A DNA stretch of 64,000 nucleotides from Chloroflexia bacterium (GTDB taxonomy: Bacteria; Chloroflexota; Chloroflexia; QHBQ01; JADMIH01). This document shows positions 40,800 to 50,903 of the stretch, one piece after another. The translations under genes were made by a program, and so were the position numbers. Under the pieces are notes generated by a model. It made no database searches and was not told the DNA's origin. It worked only from the letters and a program-made list of their open reading frames with translations. The stretch is from NCBI GenBank assembly GCA_035274425.1, contig DATEOC010000092.1:3562-67561 (forward strand). The letters run 5' to 3'. Every line of letters begins with the position of its first letter. Positions within the stretch are counted from its first letter, which is position 1.

Positions 40800-43700
40800 A
40801 TGGACACGAATCCTGGTGTTGAAGGATCCCTGATCATGGCTGCAGCTGTCGGATCAGTATCCCTAGGTGGAGACATCCATGATACTCTAATTGTCACCGG
40901 GAACGGCAATATAATATCAGTCGGAAACCAAGGAACCTTCCAATTTTATCTCCTTGATCAGCGTTTTCGCGAAAGACAACTGCTTCGTACACCAGCAGCA
41001 TTTTATGATGGAACCCGTCCTAGCTGGGCCAATATTGGACGCGATGAAGACGCACACAGGGTGCTATATGGCCAAGTCCGTTCCTTCGTAGAAGACGGTT
41101 TACTACCGCCGCAGCGCATAGGCCTCATATTGGGGCTGGCTGGTGAAGGCAAGACGACGCTGCTAATGAGACTGGCATGGGATCTCTCGGAGGCTGGATA
41201 TCCTGTCCTTTGGAAACATTCAGGCAAAGCCTTCCTAACATCGGACCCCAATTATGAGAGACTATACTCAAAGCCCCTTGTGCTTTGTTTCGACCAAGCT
41301 GATGAGGAAGGAGATTTATCCGCACTGGTCACTGATCTTAGTGAGAATGGTATACCATTCGTTGTCTTGGCTAATGCCCGTACTCATGAATGGCATAATA
41401 GTGGCATTGAACCTAGATTACGCCGTGCTGCACGCTTGCAGTCATTCTCGATCACCCAGTTGGAGCGCACGGAAGTAGAGTTGCTTCTAGACAAGCTAGC
41501 AAATGCTAATAAGCTGGGTGCTCTGGCCAACATGACTCGGAGCAGCCAAGTAGACCATTTTCTAGATCAACTGAAGGCCAACGGTCAATTACTACCAGCA
41601 TTGCTAACTGCAAGATATGCGGGCACCAGTTTTGATTCAATTATAGAGGACGTTCTCCGAAAGATATATCAACGACAGCATGGTAGCTTCTTGTTGCAAG
41701 CACACGCAGTAATAAGTGCGGTGCATCGTTTTGGATACGGGTTATCTCGCAAGAATCTTGCGAGCATATTAGGAATCCCTGAAGCTCAAGTGAGCCCACG
41801 TGTGCTTAGCGCTTTGATGGGGGAATTATTGGAAGTCACTTTGGGAGGGACCGGACGGCTGTACACGCGGCATCCAGTAATTGCAGACCATGTTTTTTCC
41901 CTTTGTATCAGCAACCGATTTGTTCCTGAAGCCGAGTACATATATGAGAGCATTATCAGCAGTTTGGCTGACTCGAATAAAACAGAGCCATTCAATTCGG
42001 ATCGTAAATTACTCACCAGGATCCCTATGTCTTTGAGACGTCTCGGTGAATACGATTTGACTCGCAGAATTTTCCAGCAAGTAGATAGCTCTGGAAATGG
42101 TAGTTCCTTCTTATGGCTCCAATGGGCGTTAACTGAGAGTAAGGTAGGTAACTATGGAAAAGCTAGGGATCTATTCAGACAGGCGAGAGACGTTAGTCCT
42201 TCCAATCCTTATATCACACGAGAATGGGCGCAAATGGAGAGAAAGCTAGGCAATGTTGAAGATGCAAGGAGCCTATTTGGTCAGAGCATAAAGGCTGACC
42301 CTACTGATGGGAATGCGTGGCAGGCGTGGGCCGTTATGGAGAAGGAACAAGGAAACATAGAACGAGCACGCGAACTGTTCCGAAAAAGCACTAACGTTGA
42401 TCCACTCAATGTGGCCACATGGCAAGCGTGGGCCTTGTTGGAGAAGAAACAAGGAAACATAGATGGCTGGATAGTACTCTGCCAGCAAGCCATCGATTTA
42501 GACCCTAACAGTCCGGAAGGCCTGCATCTTCGTGCATTAATGGAGAAGGAAAAGAGGCGTTTTGAGGAAGCAAGACTACTCTTCCGGCAAGTTTCAGTCG
42601 TTCGGCCAGATGACCTCAATGCGCTGCAAACATGGGCAGCAATGGAAGAGAAAAACGGGAACACAGAGTTAGCACGTGAACTGTTTCAGAGGATCATTGA
42701 CGCAATTCCTGATGATGTCTACACGTGGCAGGCGTGGGCCATTATGGAGAAGGAACAAGGAAACATAGAACGAGCACGCGAACTGTTCCGAAAAAGCACT
42801 GACGTTGATCCGACTGATGCTAAGTCTTGGCAGGCGTGGGCCGTTATGGAGAAGGAACAAGGAAACATAGAACGAGCACGCGAACTGTTCCAGCAGGCAA
42901 GCTCCTGCAACCCACGTGATGCGTACGTGTGGCAACCTTGGGCTTCAATGGAACACCATATGGGAAACATAGAACTAGCCCGTGAGTTATACCAACATGC
43001 TGTAGACTGCGACTCGCAAAATAGACATACCTGGCGACAATGGGCCATTATGGAGAAGGAACAAGGAAACATAGAACGAGCACGCGAACTGTTCCAACGA
43101 GCTGTAGACTCTGGTCCGAAAGATCAGCTTACGTGGAAGATGTGGATTCTCTCTGAAAAGGAAAACGGCAACATAGAACAGGCACGGGAATTGTTCAAGC
43201 GCGCATTGGAGGTGAGGCCCACTGATAGATATCTACTTGAAGCATGGCCAACTATGGAAAAGGAAAACGGCAACATAGAACAGGCACGGGAATTGTTCAA
43301 GCGCGCATTGGAGGTGAGGCCAAGAAACAGAGATTTACTCGCAGCATGGCTGGCTATGGAAAAAGAAAACGACTCATATGTAGACCACATAGTTCAATTC
43401 TTCGCACAATTAGAAGATAGGAGAGAAGGCGCCGGGGCCATACACATGCTGGCAATCTGGGCCAAAAAGCAAGGTAACTATGAGCAAGCTCGAGAGCTAT
43501 TTCAGCAGAGCGTTAGCATTAACCCGAATAACCCCCATATCTGGGAAGATTGGGCCTCTATGGAAGGGGACCTAGATAATACAGAAACGGCCCGACGTCT
43601 ATTTAGTAAGGCCGTTGAGTCGGATCCAGCGAATTCTCATCCGTGGCACAAATGGGCACAATTTGAGGAGGAACAAGGAAACATAGAACGAGCACGCGAG

Positions 43701-44606
43701 TTGCTTCGCAGTGGCGCAGACACTAACCCCGCAAATCCGTTCATATGGAGCTTCTGGGCACGTCTTGAAAAGGATTCAGGCAACTATGAAGAAGCTATAG
43801 ACCGCTTGAGGCAAGGTTTGATTGCTATTCCTAGCAATACGCAACTCTGGATGGAATGGGTCTATTTAGAAGAGAACCGCGGTAATCACACTGAAGCAAT
43901 GCGGTTACTTGATCTCTCTATGCAAGCGCATCCAGGGAACCGAGATCTTCAAGCACTTGAGCGGGCAATTCAGAAGAAGCAACTAAACACATCGCCGCGT
44001 CAGCATACGAAAAAGATATCAGCCCAGGAGGTTCAGATCGCAAGAAGCATACTAAAACAAGCGATAGGTATGAAAGCAAAGGGAAACTACGAAGAAGCAC
44101 GTCGGCTGTTTCAGCAAGGGACCGAGATTTCTCTGATACAAGCTGAGAGCTGGACAGGGTGGGCCATAATGGAGGGGAATCTTGGTAATTATGAGAAAGC
44201 AGATACACTAATTGAACAAGGATTAGCAGTGAGTCCCGAGAATCCGGCGCTTTGGTTAAACCGCGGGTTATTAAAGAAGAACCATGGGGATTACGACGGC
44301 GCTCGGCGTGTATTCCAAAATGGCATTGACGCTACCAGAGGCAATGCGCACGTATGGATGGGATGGGCACGCCTTGAAGCGGATTTAGGCAACTCTGAAG
44401 AGGCTCGCCGCCTCTTCGAGGATAGCCTTATCGCCAATCCTGGGAACGCCGAGATATTAAGACGTTGGGCGCAAATGGAACAGTCTTGTGGGCAAACCGC
44501 TATTGCGGGGCGTCTTCTATCCGACGCTCACAACAATACAAAACGGATTAAACGGTTAGATCCTAACAAGCGAGAACCGAATGGCGACGAGGTGAATACT
44601 GTATAA
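40800..44606 (+). CDS. P-loop NTPase fused to more than 20 HAT/TPR-like repeats (1268 aa).
   Basis: Walker A 'GLAGEGKTTLLMRLA'. This is followed by iterated 'WQAWAxMEKEQGNIERARELFxxA' half-a-TPR units. Confidence 0.8.
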   Translation: MDTNPGVEGSLIMAAAVGSVSLGGDIHDTLIVTGNGNIISVGNQGTFQFYLLDQRFRERQLLRTPAAFYDGTRPSWANIGRDEDAHRVLYGQVRSFVEDGLLPPQRIGLILGLAGEGKTTLLMRLAWDLSEAGYPVLWKHSGKAFLTSDPNYERLYSKPLVLCFDQADEEGDLSALVTDLSENGIPFVVLANARTHEWHNSGIEPRLRRAARLQSFSITQLERTEVELLLDKLANANKLGALANMTRSSQVDHFLDQLKANGQLLPALLTARYAGTSFDSIIEDVLRKIYQRQHGSFLLQAHAVISAVHRFGYGLSRKNLASILGIPEAQVSPRVLSALMGELLEVTLGGTGRLYTRHPVIADHVFSLCISNRFVPEAEYIYESIISSLADSNKTEPFNSDRKLLTRIPMSLRRLGEYDLTRRIFQQVDSSGNGSSFLWLQWALTESKVGNYGKARDLFRQARDVSPSNPYITREWAQMERKLGNVEDARSLFGQSIKADPTDGNAWQAWAVMEKEQGNIERARELFRKSTNVDPLNVATWQAWALLEKKQGNIDGWIVLCQQAIDLDPNSPEGLHLRALMEKEKRRFEEARLLFRQVSVVRPDDLNALQTWAAMEEKNGNTELARELFQRIIDAIPDDVYTWQAWAIMEKEQGNIERARELFRKSTDVDPTDAKSWQAWAVMEKEQGNIERARELFQQASSCNPRDAYVWQPWASMEHHMGNIELARELYQHAVDCDSQNRHTWRQWAIMEKEQGNIERARELFQRAVDSGPKDQLTWKMWILSEKENGNIEQARELFKRALEVRPTDRYLLEAWPTMEKENGNIEQARELFKRALEVRPRNRDLLAAWLAMEKENDSYVDHIVQFFAQLEDRREGAGAIHMLAIWAKKQGNYEQARELFQQSVSINPNNPHIWEDWASMEGDLDNTETARRLFSKAVESDPANSHPWHKWAQFEEEQGNIERARELLRSGADTNPANPFIWSFWARLEKDSGNYEEAIDRLRQGLIAIPSNTQLWMEWVYLEENRGNHTEAMRLLDLSMQAHPGNRDLQALERAIQKKQLNTSPRQHTKKISAQEVQIARSILKQAIGMKAKGNYEEARRLFQQGTEISLIQAESWTGWAIMEGNLGNYEKADTLIEQGLAVSPENPALWLNRGLLKKNHGDYDGARRVFQNGIDATRGNAHVWMGWARLEADLGNSEEARRLFEDSLIANPGNAEILRRWAQMEQSCGQTAIAGRLLSDAHNNTKRIKRLDPNKREPNGDEVNTV
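42300..43400 (+). repeat. Near-identical tandem DNA repeats (~100-bp units) inside the HAT-repeat gene.
   Basis: The ~65-bp 'gagaaggaacaaggaaacatagaacgagcacgcgaactgttccgaaaaagcact(a/g)acgttgatcc' segment occurs at 42337-42401 and 42735-42799. Its ~41-bp core 'gagaaggaacaaggaaacatagaacgagcacgcgaactgtt' recurs at ~42848 and ~43054. A separate unit 'gaaaaggaaaacggcaacatagaacaggcacgggaattgttcaagcgcgcattggaggtgaggcc' occurs at ~43150 and ~43255. Spurious minus-strand ORFs at 42273-43390 arise from these repeats. Confidence 0.7.
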
Positions 44607-44697
44607 TATTCGCGGTACCGATGAAATGTACGTCATGTCCGGCTCATACGTTACGTACTGATATGCAAGCTGGTGTGATTACCCAAGGAGGCGAACG

Positions 44698-45135
44698 ATG
44701 GATATTTCGCAGATGGCCCAAGAAGTAACCCGCTTTCTCCTGCCATTCATGCCGTTCTTACTCAAAATGGGAGAAGCCTCAGCAAGTGAGGCTGCCAAGA
44801 AGTTCGGAGCCGCAGCATGGGATAAGGCACAAAGCCTTTGGTCTAAATTGCGCCCTCATGCTGAAGCACAACCTGCTGCAAAGGAAGCATTACAGGACAG
44901 TGCTGATATGCCAGGCGATACGGACGCCGAGGCTGCCTTGCGGTTGCAAATCAAGAAGCTCCTGAGCAATAATCCGACGTTGGCCGATGAGATTAATGAA
45001 CTGTGGGCTAAAACGCGGGACGTAGGTTCTTCTGTAATAGCAAGCGGAGAACGCTCAGTGGCTATTGGAGGCACTGCCAGTAATAGTTCGATTATTACTG
45101 GGGACCATAATAGACTACGTGTTGACAAAGAATGA
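44698..45135 (+). CDS. Hypothetical small protein.
   Basis: 145-aa ORF 91 bp after the HAT-repeat gene, with a GGAGG RBS. No known domain. Confidence 0.4.
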   Translation: MDISQMAQEVTRFLLPFMPFLLKMGEASASEAAKKFGAAAWDKAQSLWSKLRPHAEAQPAAKEALQDSADMPGDTDAEAALRLQIKKLLSNNPTLADEINELWAKTRDVGSSVIASGERSVAIGGTASNSSIITGDHNRLRVDKE

Positions 45136-45293
45136 GGTTCACAGACCTTGCGAGCGAAGAATCGGAGGTTCTCTTCGTCTAACTGGTACATAGACGAAAT
45201 TCAGAATACCACTAAGGTAAGTAGAAGTCAAGAGACCAGATCAGGGGCATAATGACGTCAGGCCGTCGGGGCGGCTAAACGGTACCTGAGGCT

Positions 45294-46595
45294 TCAACGG
45301 CGTGGTACCACTACATCGATCGCCTGGGGCTGCCGCAAGTCGAGCAGGAACCTGAGCAGCCCTTGTTGGTGCGAGTCTACCGTCTTTGACTGTCCACGAC
45401 CAGTGTCCAGGCCCATACCGGTATCAAGGAGCTCGCCCAGCCCCCAGTGGGCCCACACCCCATAGCGAGTGAAGTAGAACCCTATCCGACGTATCTCGTA
45501 GTCGTCGCGCTCGTCCATCAATGCGTAGGTAAGTATCTGCCTCAGCACAACCAGCATTCCCGAGGGCTCTATCCGCTTGGCAGACTTGAAGTCTATCAGG
45601 GAGCCGGTCCCCTCCTTGCTACGCACTATCAGGTCCCCGTCAGCTGGGAGGCGTGTGCTCCCAGCGAAGGTTGGGTTGGCCGCTATCACCCTCGGTGGCT
45701 GCTCTCCCCGCCTAGCAGGATTGCGGTGCCATAGTGCCAGTTGAGCGGCGAGATCGCAGCGCAGCAATTGTAGCCTACCGGACCCCCCAGCACGCCCCTG
45801 CCTGCACGCTACAGCGGCCAACTCCTCTAACGTCAGCGTAGATGCATGAGCACGGGCATGGCACAGGTAGGCGAAGAGGGGCCACGCGCGCTCCAGTTCC
45901 CTGACTATCTGGACTGAGGCATCGCGTTGCCGGGCGACAGTCATGTCATCCGTGCTCCCAGCCCTGGTTCCTGTTCCTGTTCCGGTTCCAGGTCCAGGGC
46001 CTCCAGCGCCGGAGCGATGCCCCCAGAAGTCGGAACGACCCGCATGGCCGGAGGCGTACAGCGCACTGCGGTAGCCAGAAGGCGTGAGGAGAGGCGTGAA
46101 ATCGAAGCGAGTCGCCCCAAGGGCGAGGGCAGGCGCGCAATCTGCGAGCAGTGCGGACGCAGCATGGGCCAGCGAGCCTCTCTTACCTCCCCATGCCCTG
46201 GTGAAGGCGCTTCTGGCGGGATCGCCACCCCACTGCCTGGTGAACTCCATGCGCATGCGATAGTCGATGGCACCTCCCAGCTGGCCGTAGTCATAATAGC
46301 GCAGCCCGGGAGTGTCTACGGGGATGCTGGGGATGCTATCATTGCCGGCGTTTTGATGATCCAACGGCTCGCTCGTTGTATTGGCGGCCTGTACCCGCGC
46401 AGCTAGTTCGCGTGACACCTCGCGCAGCCCTGGGTAATTACTCTGCCACCATAGAGCCAGCGGCTGGCGCGGCTTAAGCCACTCCGTGACTGTTCCTGAC
46501 AATTCGGGAAACGCTGACATCGCTGATATTGTGTTCCTCTCTGTTCGCTGTCTTGTCAGTCTAGCCCAAGACGACCCCTCTCGCAAGCACCTCAA
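45294..46595 (-). CDS. Hypothetical protein containing a Gly/Pro/Thr low-complexity linker. Probable start at about 46520 (MSAFPELSG).
   Basis: Long ORF. Its 'GPGPGTGTGTGT' linker is encoded by a hexanucleotide microsatellite at ~45955-46000. No recognisable domain. Confidence 0.45.
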   Translation of the reverse strand: MRCLREGSSWARLTRQRTERNTISAMSAFPELSGTVTEWLKPRQPLALWWQSNYPGLREVSRELAARVQAANTTSEPLDHQNAGNDSIPSIPVDTPGLRYYDYGQLGGAIDYRMRMEFTRQWGGDPARSAFTRAWGGKRGSLAHAASALLADCAPALALGATRFDFTPLLTPSGYRSALYASGHAGRSDFWGHRSGAGGPGPGTGTGTGTRAGSTDDMTVARQRDASVQIVRELERAWPLFAYLCHARAHASTLTLEELAAVACRQGRAGGSGRLQLLRCDLAAQLALWHRNPARRGEQPPRVIAANPTFAGSTRLPADGDLIVRSKEGTGSLIDFKSAKRIEPSGMLVVLRQILTYALMDERDDYEIRRIGFYFTRYGVWAHWGLGELLDTGMGLDTGRGQSKTVDSHQQGLLRFLLDLRQPQAIDVVVPRR

Positions 46596-47320
46596 GAAGG
46601 TGCGAATGCGGCAAATGGCGCAGGCTCATTCCTGCGAGGCCGGTACTCGTGCAGCGTGAAGCTCTTCCACAGGGCGGGCCGGTTGTAGAAGCGGGCGAAG
46701 TCCCTCAGGCGCTGCGTGGTCCAATCATGGCGCACCTGCTCAGGGCATTCAGGTCCATCACGGGCTGGCAGTACGGCTCCCCACCCAACTTAATGACCAT
46801 CTGAGCGCGCCCGTATTGCCCCTGCTTAAGGAGATGGGATATAAGGCGGCCTTCGTGGGGCAGGATGGCTTGGAAAATACCGAGATCGAATGGGATAGGT
46901 TTGATTGCCTCTTCATCGGCGGCAGTACTAAATGGAAAGTAGGTCCGCATGCGTACCGGCTTATCCAGGAAGCGAGGGAGAGAGGTAAATGGGCACATCT
47001 AGGGCGCGGCAATTCGAGGAGACGCGTGCTCGCATGGTCTTTGAGTAGGGAGCGCCGGGTACGTAGAGCTGGCGCCGCCTTTGCGTGTCTAGCTGCCCGT
47101 CTTAGGGTTGCACCGGAAGTTCCATTCAGTTATATAATACGATGAACCCAACATGCCGATTGATAAATATACGGGTATGCGAGCTTGGTGACTCTCGGGT
47201 TATCCGTATGTGTAGATGGCGGTAGCGGTTACACGGCTATGAGTTCACAAGTCAAAGTCTGTTCTAGCTTTTACGCCTAGACGAGGCCTCGATGCCCCTT
47301 ACATCAGCAAACCACACAAC

Positions 47321-49558
47321 ATGAGCGATATATTCGGGTCCGACAATCTCAATAACCGGGATGATAGCAACGCACGCGACGATGGGCGACCGCGGATCAT
47401 TTTCGCCACGTTTCGCGCCTCTGGCTCAGGTCCCTACGAGCAGAGTCGTCCCATACTCTCGGACGTAGGTTATTCAGTGTTCTCTGCTTCAAGTTCGTCC
47501 ACCTGGTTCTTGATGGTCTTCTTCATTTGGGTTTTCCAATTCCAGCTCAGCCCATCCAAGGAGTTAATCACTCAGATCGCAGGGTCGAGCGTAGAATTGG
47601 CTGCCCTGGCCATTGCCGTGTTAGCGTTGCTCCTGCAACTGAATAAGGCAGATAGATGGTTCAAGCTCGGCCTTCTCCTTGTCGCGTTCCTTTTCACTAG
47701 CGTTGTGGTGAGTGGCTTCTACATCGCGCTCACCTGGCAAGAAGCCTTCGGAGCGTCACAACAGGTCACAGTTGCCGTTGTCGGATTGCTCGGTATATCC
47801 GCAGTCCTCCAGATCGACTGGAAGGCAATGAAAGGTTTTCTAAGGACAACAGGAATTCCATACTTCTCACGTTACCTGCGACGGCGCCGTAAGCGGACCT
47901 CCACAGTCTCTGCCGTACCCGATTCACCTGAGCCGGATATAGATGGCTTGACTGACGAAAATGCTCCACCCGACACCATCAGCCTGGCCGCGTCGTTGGG
48001 AAGAGTGAAGGGTTCTCTTCGGATTAGGGTCGGTATCCAGTTCACTCTGCCTGTTGGTCTGGTGTGGTTGCCTGGCCTCAGCACAGTTACAACCATTCTA
48101 GTGCTATTCTTAGGCTCGATGCTCTCCCTCATGATACTCATGTTAGTAACTACCATATCGGTTTTGAGGTCTAAGCAGACTGCGGGAAAAGAGATCGAGA
48201 CGCAGCGGGAAGACCCCTTTATCGGCACTCTACGCACGCGGTACGAGGAAGATATAAGAGTGCTGATTCGCATCGGTGAACTGAAAGCTGGAATAGAAAA
48301 CGCATTGATTAGCCTTCAAAGGGAGGAAATACGATTAGCTCGAAGAGACAATCCGGGTGTAGCACGGCTTGGGAATATTCCCGCACTTATCACATGGGCG
48401 GAGCTCAAGCAGCATCTTCGCGGGACCGGGGTTAAGGATGATGAGCAACTGCTGGAGCGAGCCTTGGACGCGCTCAAGCGCGAGGCCAGGGTATTTTGCG
48501 ACGGATACCGAAACAGTATATGGCTAGTGCCAACTGAAGCGGAGATATCGACTTGTGTTACGGCTTTGCAAACCCTCCAACTCATATTTGCGGACCCTTG
48601 CCAGGAGCACAACGTGAAGCGGGATAGGCCCTGCATGAATGAAATTGACGTTACGACGTTGGCGAACTGGCTAGCGAAGGAGTGCAGTTTCCCCTTGCCC
48701 GTGGTGCGGGAGTACATGTTACCGAGAGTACTTAAGGTACTATTGGACGAAACGCATTACGTGCATCATGAGGTCCAGCTTTCGACCCATCCTGTGCATC
48801 TATTCGTCAGTCGGATGCTAGCGTTGAGCTATGATGATTGGGAAAGTTACATTGAGCCGGTTCTAAGCGATCTCAACAGTTCTCGCCGCGATCTCTCGGA
48901 ACTGTCGGAACGGGTGGTAGCCCGTCTCCTAAAGAGTGTTCCTCATATAAACAGCGCCACAGTTGGCTCCTATCATTGGGCTCCGATAGCATACGCCCTT
49001 GCAGGAGAGGATATCTGGGGGCGGAGCGCACTCGGCTGGATATTCGCCACGAGCCGGCTATATGGAAGTCTGAGCCGCTACAAGCCGGGCCGCAACTGGA
49101 CGGATCCCACAACGGGAGTGACTTATTCGGAGCATACCGGTTATGCCGAGCGTAATGATATGTCTGGTAACCTAAGCCGATTAACATCCAGTTCGCCCTA
49201 TCGTCAGCGGACCAATCATGACATCGGCTACTTTATTGGTAAGGGGTATCTCCCTGGAACAGGACGCACCGTAGAGGTCAATAAGCTCTTATTTGTCATA
49301 GAGGTACGATCAAAGGGCGATTATGGCCCAGCAGCCGAAGAAGCTTTTGCTGACAGGAGGGCTGAATACTTCAGGAATGGTGTTCTTGTCGTCTGGGACA
49401 TAGACTTGGTCCGGTCTGATACAATTCGTGCATATATCTTTAGATTACCTGAGTACGCTATCATCTCTCGACGTAGCGACAATGCTTCAGGGAAACCAGC
49501 GCTATGGAACTGGGTCTTCCCGGTTGATGATCTGTTTCCATTTGAGGGTCCCAATTAA
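47321..49558 (+). CDS. Polytopic membrane protein with a C-terminal Uma2/DUF820-like PD-(D/E)xK endonuclease domain.
   Basis: At least five hydrophobic helices between aa 60 and 290. The C-terminus 'LLFVIEVRSKGDYGPAAEEAFADRRAEYFRNGVLVVWDIDLVRSDTIRAYIF' matches the Uma2 pattern 'VIEVxS...D...K...Y...GV.EYW.VD...V.VY'. Confidence 0.6.
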   Translation: MSDIFGSDNLNNRDDSNARDDGRPRIIFATFRASGSGPYEQSRPILSDVGYSVFSASSSSTWFLMVFFIWVFQFQLSPSKELITQIAGSSVELAALAIAVLALLLQLNKADRWFKLGLLLVAFLFTSVVVSGFYIALTWQEAFGASQQVTVAVVGLLGISAVLQIDWKAMKGFLRTTGIPYFSRYLRRRRKRTSTVSAVPDSPEPDIDGLTDENAPPDTISLAASLGRVKGSLRIRVGIQFTLPVGLVWLPGLSTVTTILVLFLGSMLSLMILMLVTTISVLRSKQTAGKEIETQREDPFIGTLRTRYEEDIRVLIRIGELKAGIENALISLQREEIRLARRDNPGVARLGNIPALITWAELKQHLRGTGVKDDEQLLERALDALKREARVFCDGYRNSIWLVPTEAEISTCVTALQTLQLIFADPCQEHNVKRDRPCMNEIDVTTLANWLAKECSFPLPVVREYMLPRVLKVLLDETHYVHHEVQLSTHPVHLFVSRMLALSYDDWESYIEPVLSDLNSSRRDLSELSERVVARLLKSVPHINSATVGSYHWAPIAYALAGEDIWGRSALGWIFATSRLYGSLSRYKPGRNWTDPTTGVTYSEHTGYAERNDMSGNLSRLTSSSPYRQRTNHDIGYFIGKGYLPGTGRTVEVNKLLFVIEVRSKGDYGPAAEEAFADRRAEYFRNGVLVVWDIDLVRSDTIRAYIFRLPEYAIISRRSDNASGKPALWNWVFPVDDLFPFEGPN

Positions 49559-49690
49559 CCCGATACGTCTCGGATCCAACATCGTTGCCGTACGTTGGAG
49601 CCTTGCTCGATGGAATTCCAGCCGCGCGTGCTGCAATTGGTGGGCAGAGGATAACGTCAATATGCCTCTGAAGGTGACAGGAGAACAGGA

Positions 49691-50473
49691 TTGACCGAGG
49701 CTCTTACATTCGCGCAGTGGTTCAAACGGCGCTCCCGCGAGCTAGGCATCTCGGTGAAACAGTTACACCGTCTCCTTATATTATCTGTTTCATCCATTGA
49801 GAAAGTACTGAGAGGTGACCCACCATCAAAGGGGTTCGCGTTAGAAGTAGCCCATTTATTTGCTATCCCTGACGACCAACGTGATGCATTCGTGGAGTGG
49901 GCACGTGGCGAGGGTGGTCTCCCTTCCTCAGGAGCAGTAGATGCGGAGATAGATGGAACAGCAAAGGCGCAAAGCAAAGCGGATGGGCCTATTAGAGATA
50001 GAATGCCGTGGTTGGATCCTCCTGCTGGACATGATTCTATTCGGGTGTTCTTGTGCCATGCTTCAGAAGACAAGCCCACTGTTCGCGACGTCTATTTTCG
50101 CGTCAGGGCTGCGGGCTTTTCAGTCTGGCTCGATGAAGAGGACCTCCTTCCAGGCCAGGACTGGCGGGTAGAGATACCAAGGGCGGTGAAGCACTCGGAC
50201 GTTGTGCTGGTATGTCTCTCAAAGCGAGCTGTGACCAAGGCTGGATACGTTCAAAAGGAGCTTGGATCTGCCCTCGATATTGCTGAGGAGCAGCCAGAAG
50301 GCACGATCTATTTGATACCGGTGCGCCTGGAAGAATGTGAGGTACCGAACCGATTGGAGCAGTGGCAGCGGGTCGACCTTTTCAGTCTTGGATCACAATC
50401 AGGTTACTCCTGGCAAGGTTACCGTAAGCTGTTCCGTGCGCTTCGCGAGCGTGCGCGGCAGCAAAATCAATGA
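49691..50473 (+). CDS. XRE-like HTH domain fused to a TIR domain (TTG start).
   Basis: N-terminal 'TFAQWFKRRSRELGISVKQLHRLL'. TIR block 'RVFLCHASEDKP...VWLDEEDLLPGQDW...AVKHSDVVLVCLSKRAVTKAGYVQKELGSALD', with the conserved Glu in 'VQKEL'. Confidence 0.7.
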   Translation: MTEALTFAQWFKRRSRELGISVKQLHRLLILSVSSIEKVLRGDPPSKGFALEVAHLFAIPDDQRDAFVEWARGEGGLPSSGAVDAEIDGTAKAQSKADGPIRDRMPWLDPPAGHDSIRVFLCHASEDKPTVRDVYFRVRAAGFSVWLDEEDLLPGQDWRVEIPRAVKHSDVVLVCLSKRAVTKAGYVQKELGSALDIAEEQPEGTIYLIPVRLEECEVPNRLEQWQRVDLFSLGSQSGYSWQGYRKLFRALRERARQQNQ

Positions 50474-50588
50474 TGGCTAGGCAGTCTATCAAGCCGACCT
50501 GGCCAATGTAAGTTTTCGATTGACCCGGGTGGCACCCAGGCACCATTGATTGGCACATGGTCAGCCACAGGTGCATTCGAGACAATGG

Positions 50589-50903
50589 TTAGCTGCCGTC
50601 AGTCTCCCGATCAAGTATGTTCGCCAGGTCCCCACCGGCCATAAGCTCATTGAACTGGTCGTCCGTGAGAGGCGCAGCGCTTTCTCTCTCGATGGGCTGT
50701 ACCTGTTCGATCAGGTTGAAGGGAATAAACACAACATTGTCCCTGCCGATAACTATAACCTGCCCATTGCTGTAATCAGGCACGAAGCCGACGAACTGGT
50801 CACCAGCGGACTCAATGGAGGTCCTCATATAGTCTGCCGACAGAAAGGGGGTTTCTGTATTCCAATATCTATCGGTGATCTCCTTACTTGGAGAATGCGT
50901 CAT
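50589..50903 (-). CDS. Hypothetical protein (104 aa), convergent with the TIR gene.
   Basis: Beta-rich sequence 'GQVIVIGRDNVVFIPFNLIEQV'. It is preferred over the overlapping plus-strand ORF at 50550-50909 on composition grounds. Confidence 0.35.
   Translation of the reverse strand: MTHSPSKEITDRYWNTETPFLSADYMRTSIESAGDQFVGFVPDYSNGQVIVIGRDNVVFIPFNLIEQVQPIERESAAPLTDDQFNELMAGGDLANILDRETDGS

Noticed and set aside
42273-43390. Array-like repetitive DNA and several minus-strand ORFs of 71-127 aa.
   Set aside because: The repeats are in-frame coding repeats of the HAT/TPR protein on the plus strand. They have no unique spacers and their periodicity follows the protein repeat, so this is not a CRISPR array. 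The antisense ORFs are artefacts of repeat symmetry.
46705-47145. Overlapping ORF pair, 46705-46998 on the minus strand and 46816-47145 on the plus strand, in a ~700-bp gap.
   Set aside because: Both are short and mutually exclusive, with no clear motifs. 'FDCLFIGGSTKWK' was noticed but could not be assigned. The pair is left unannotated.
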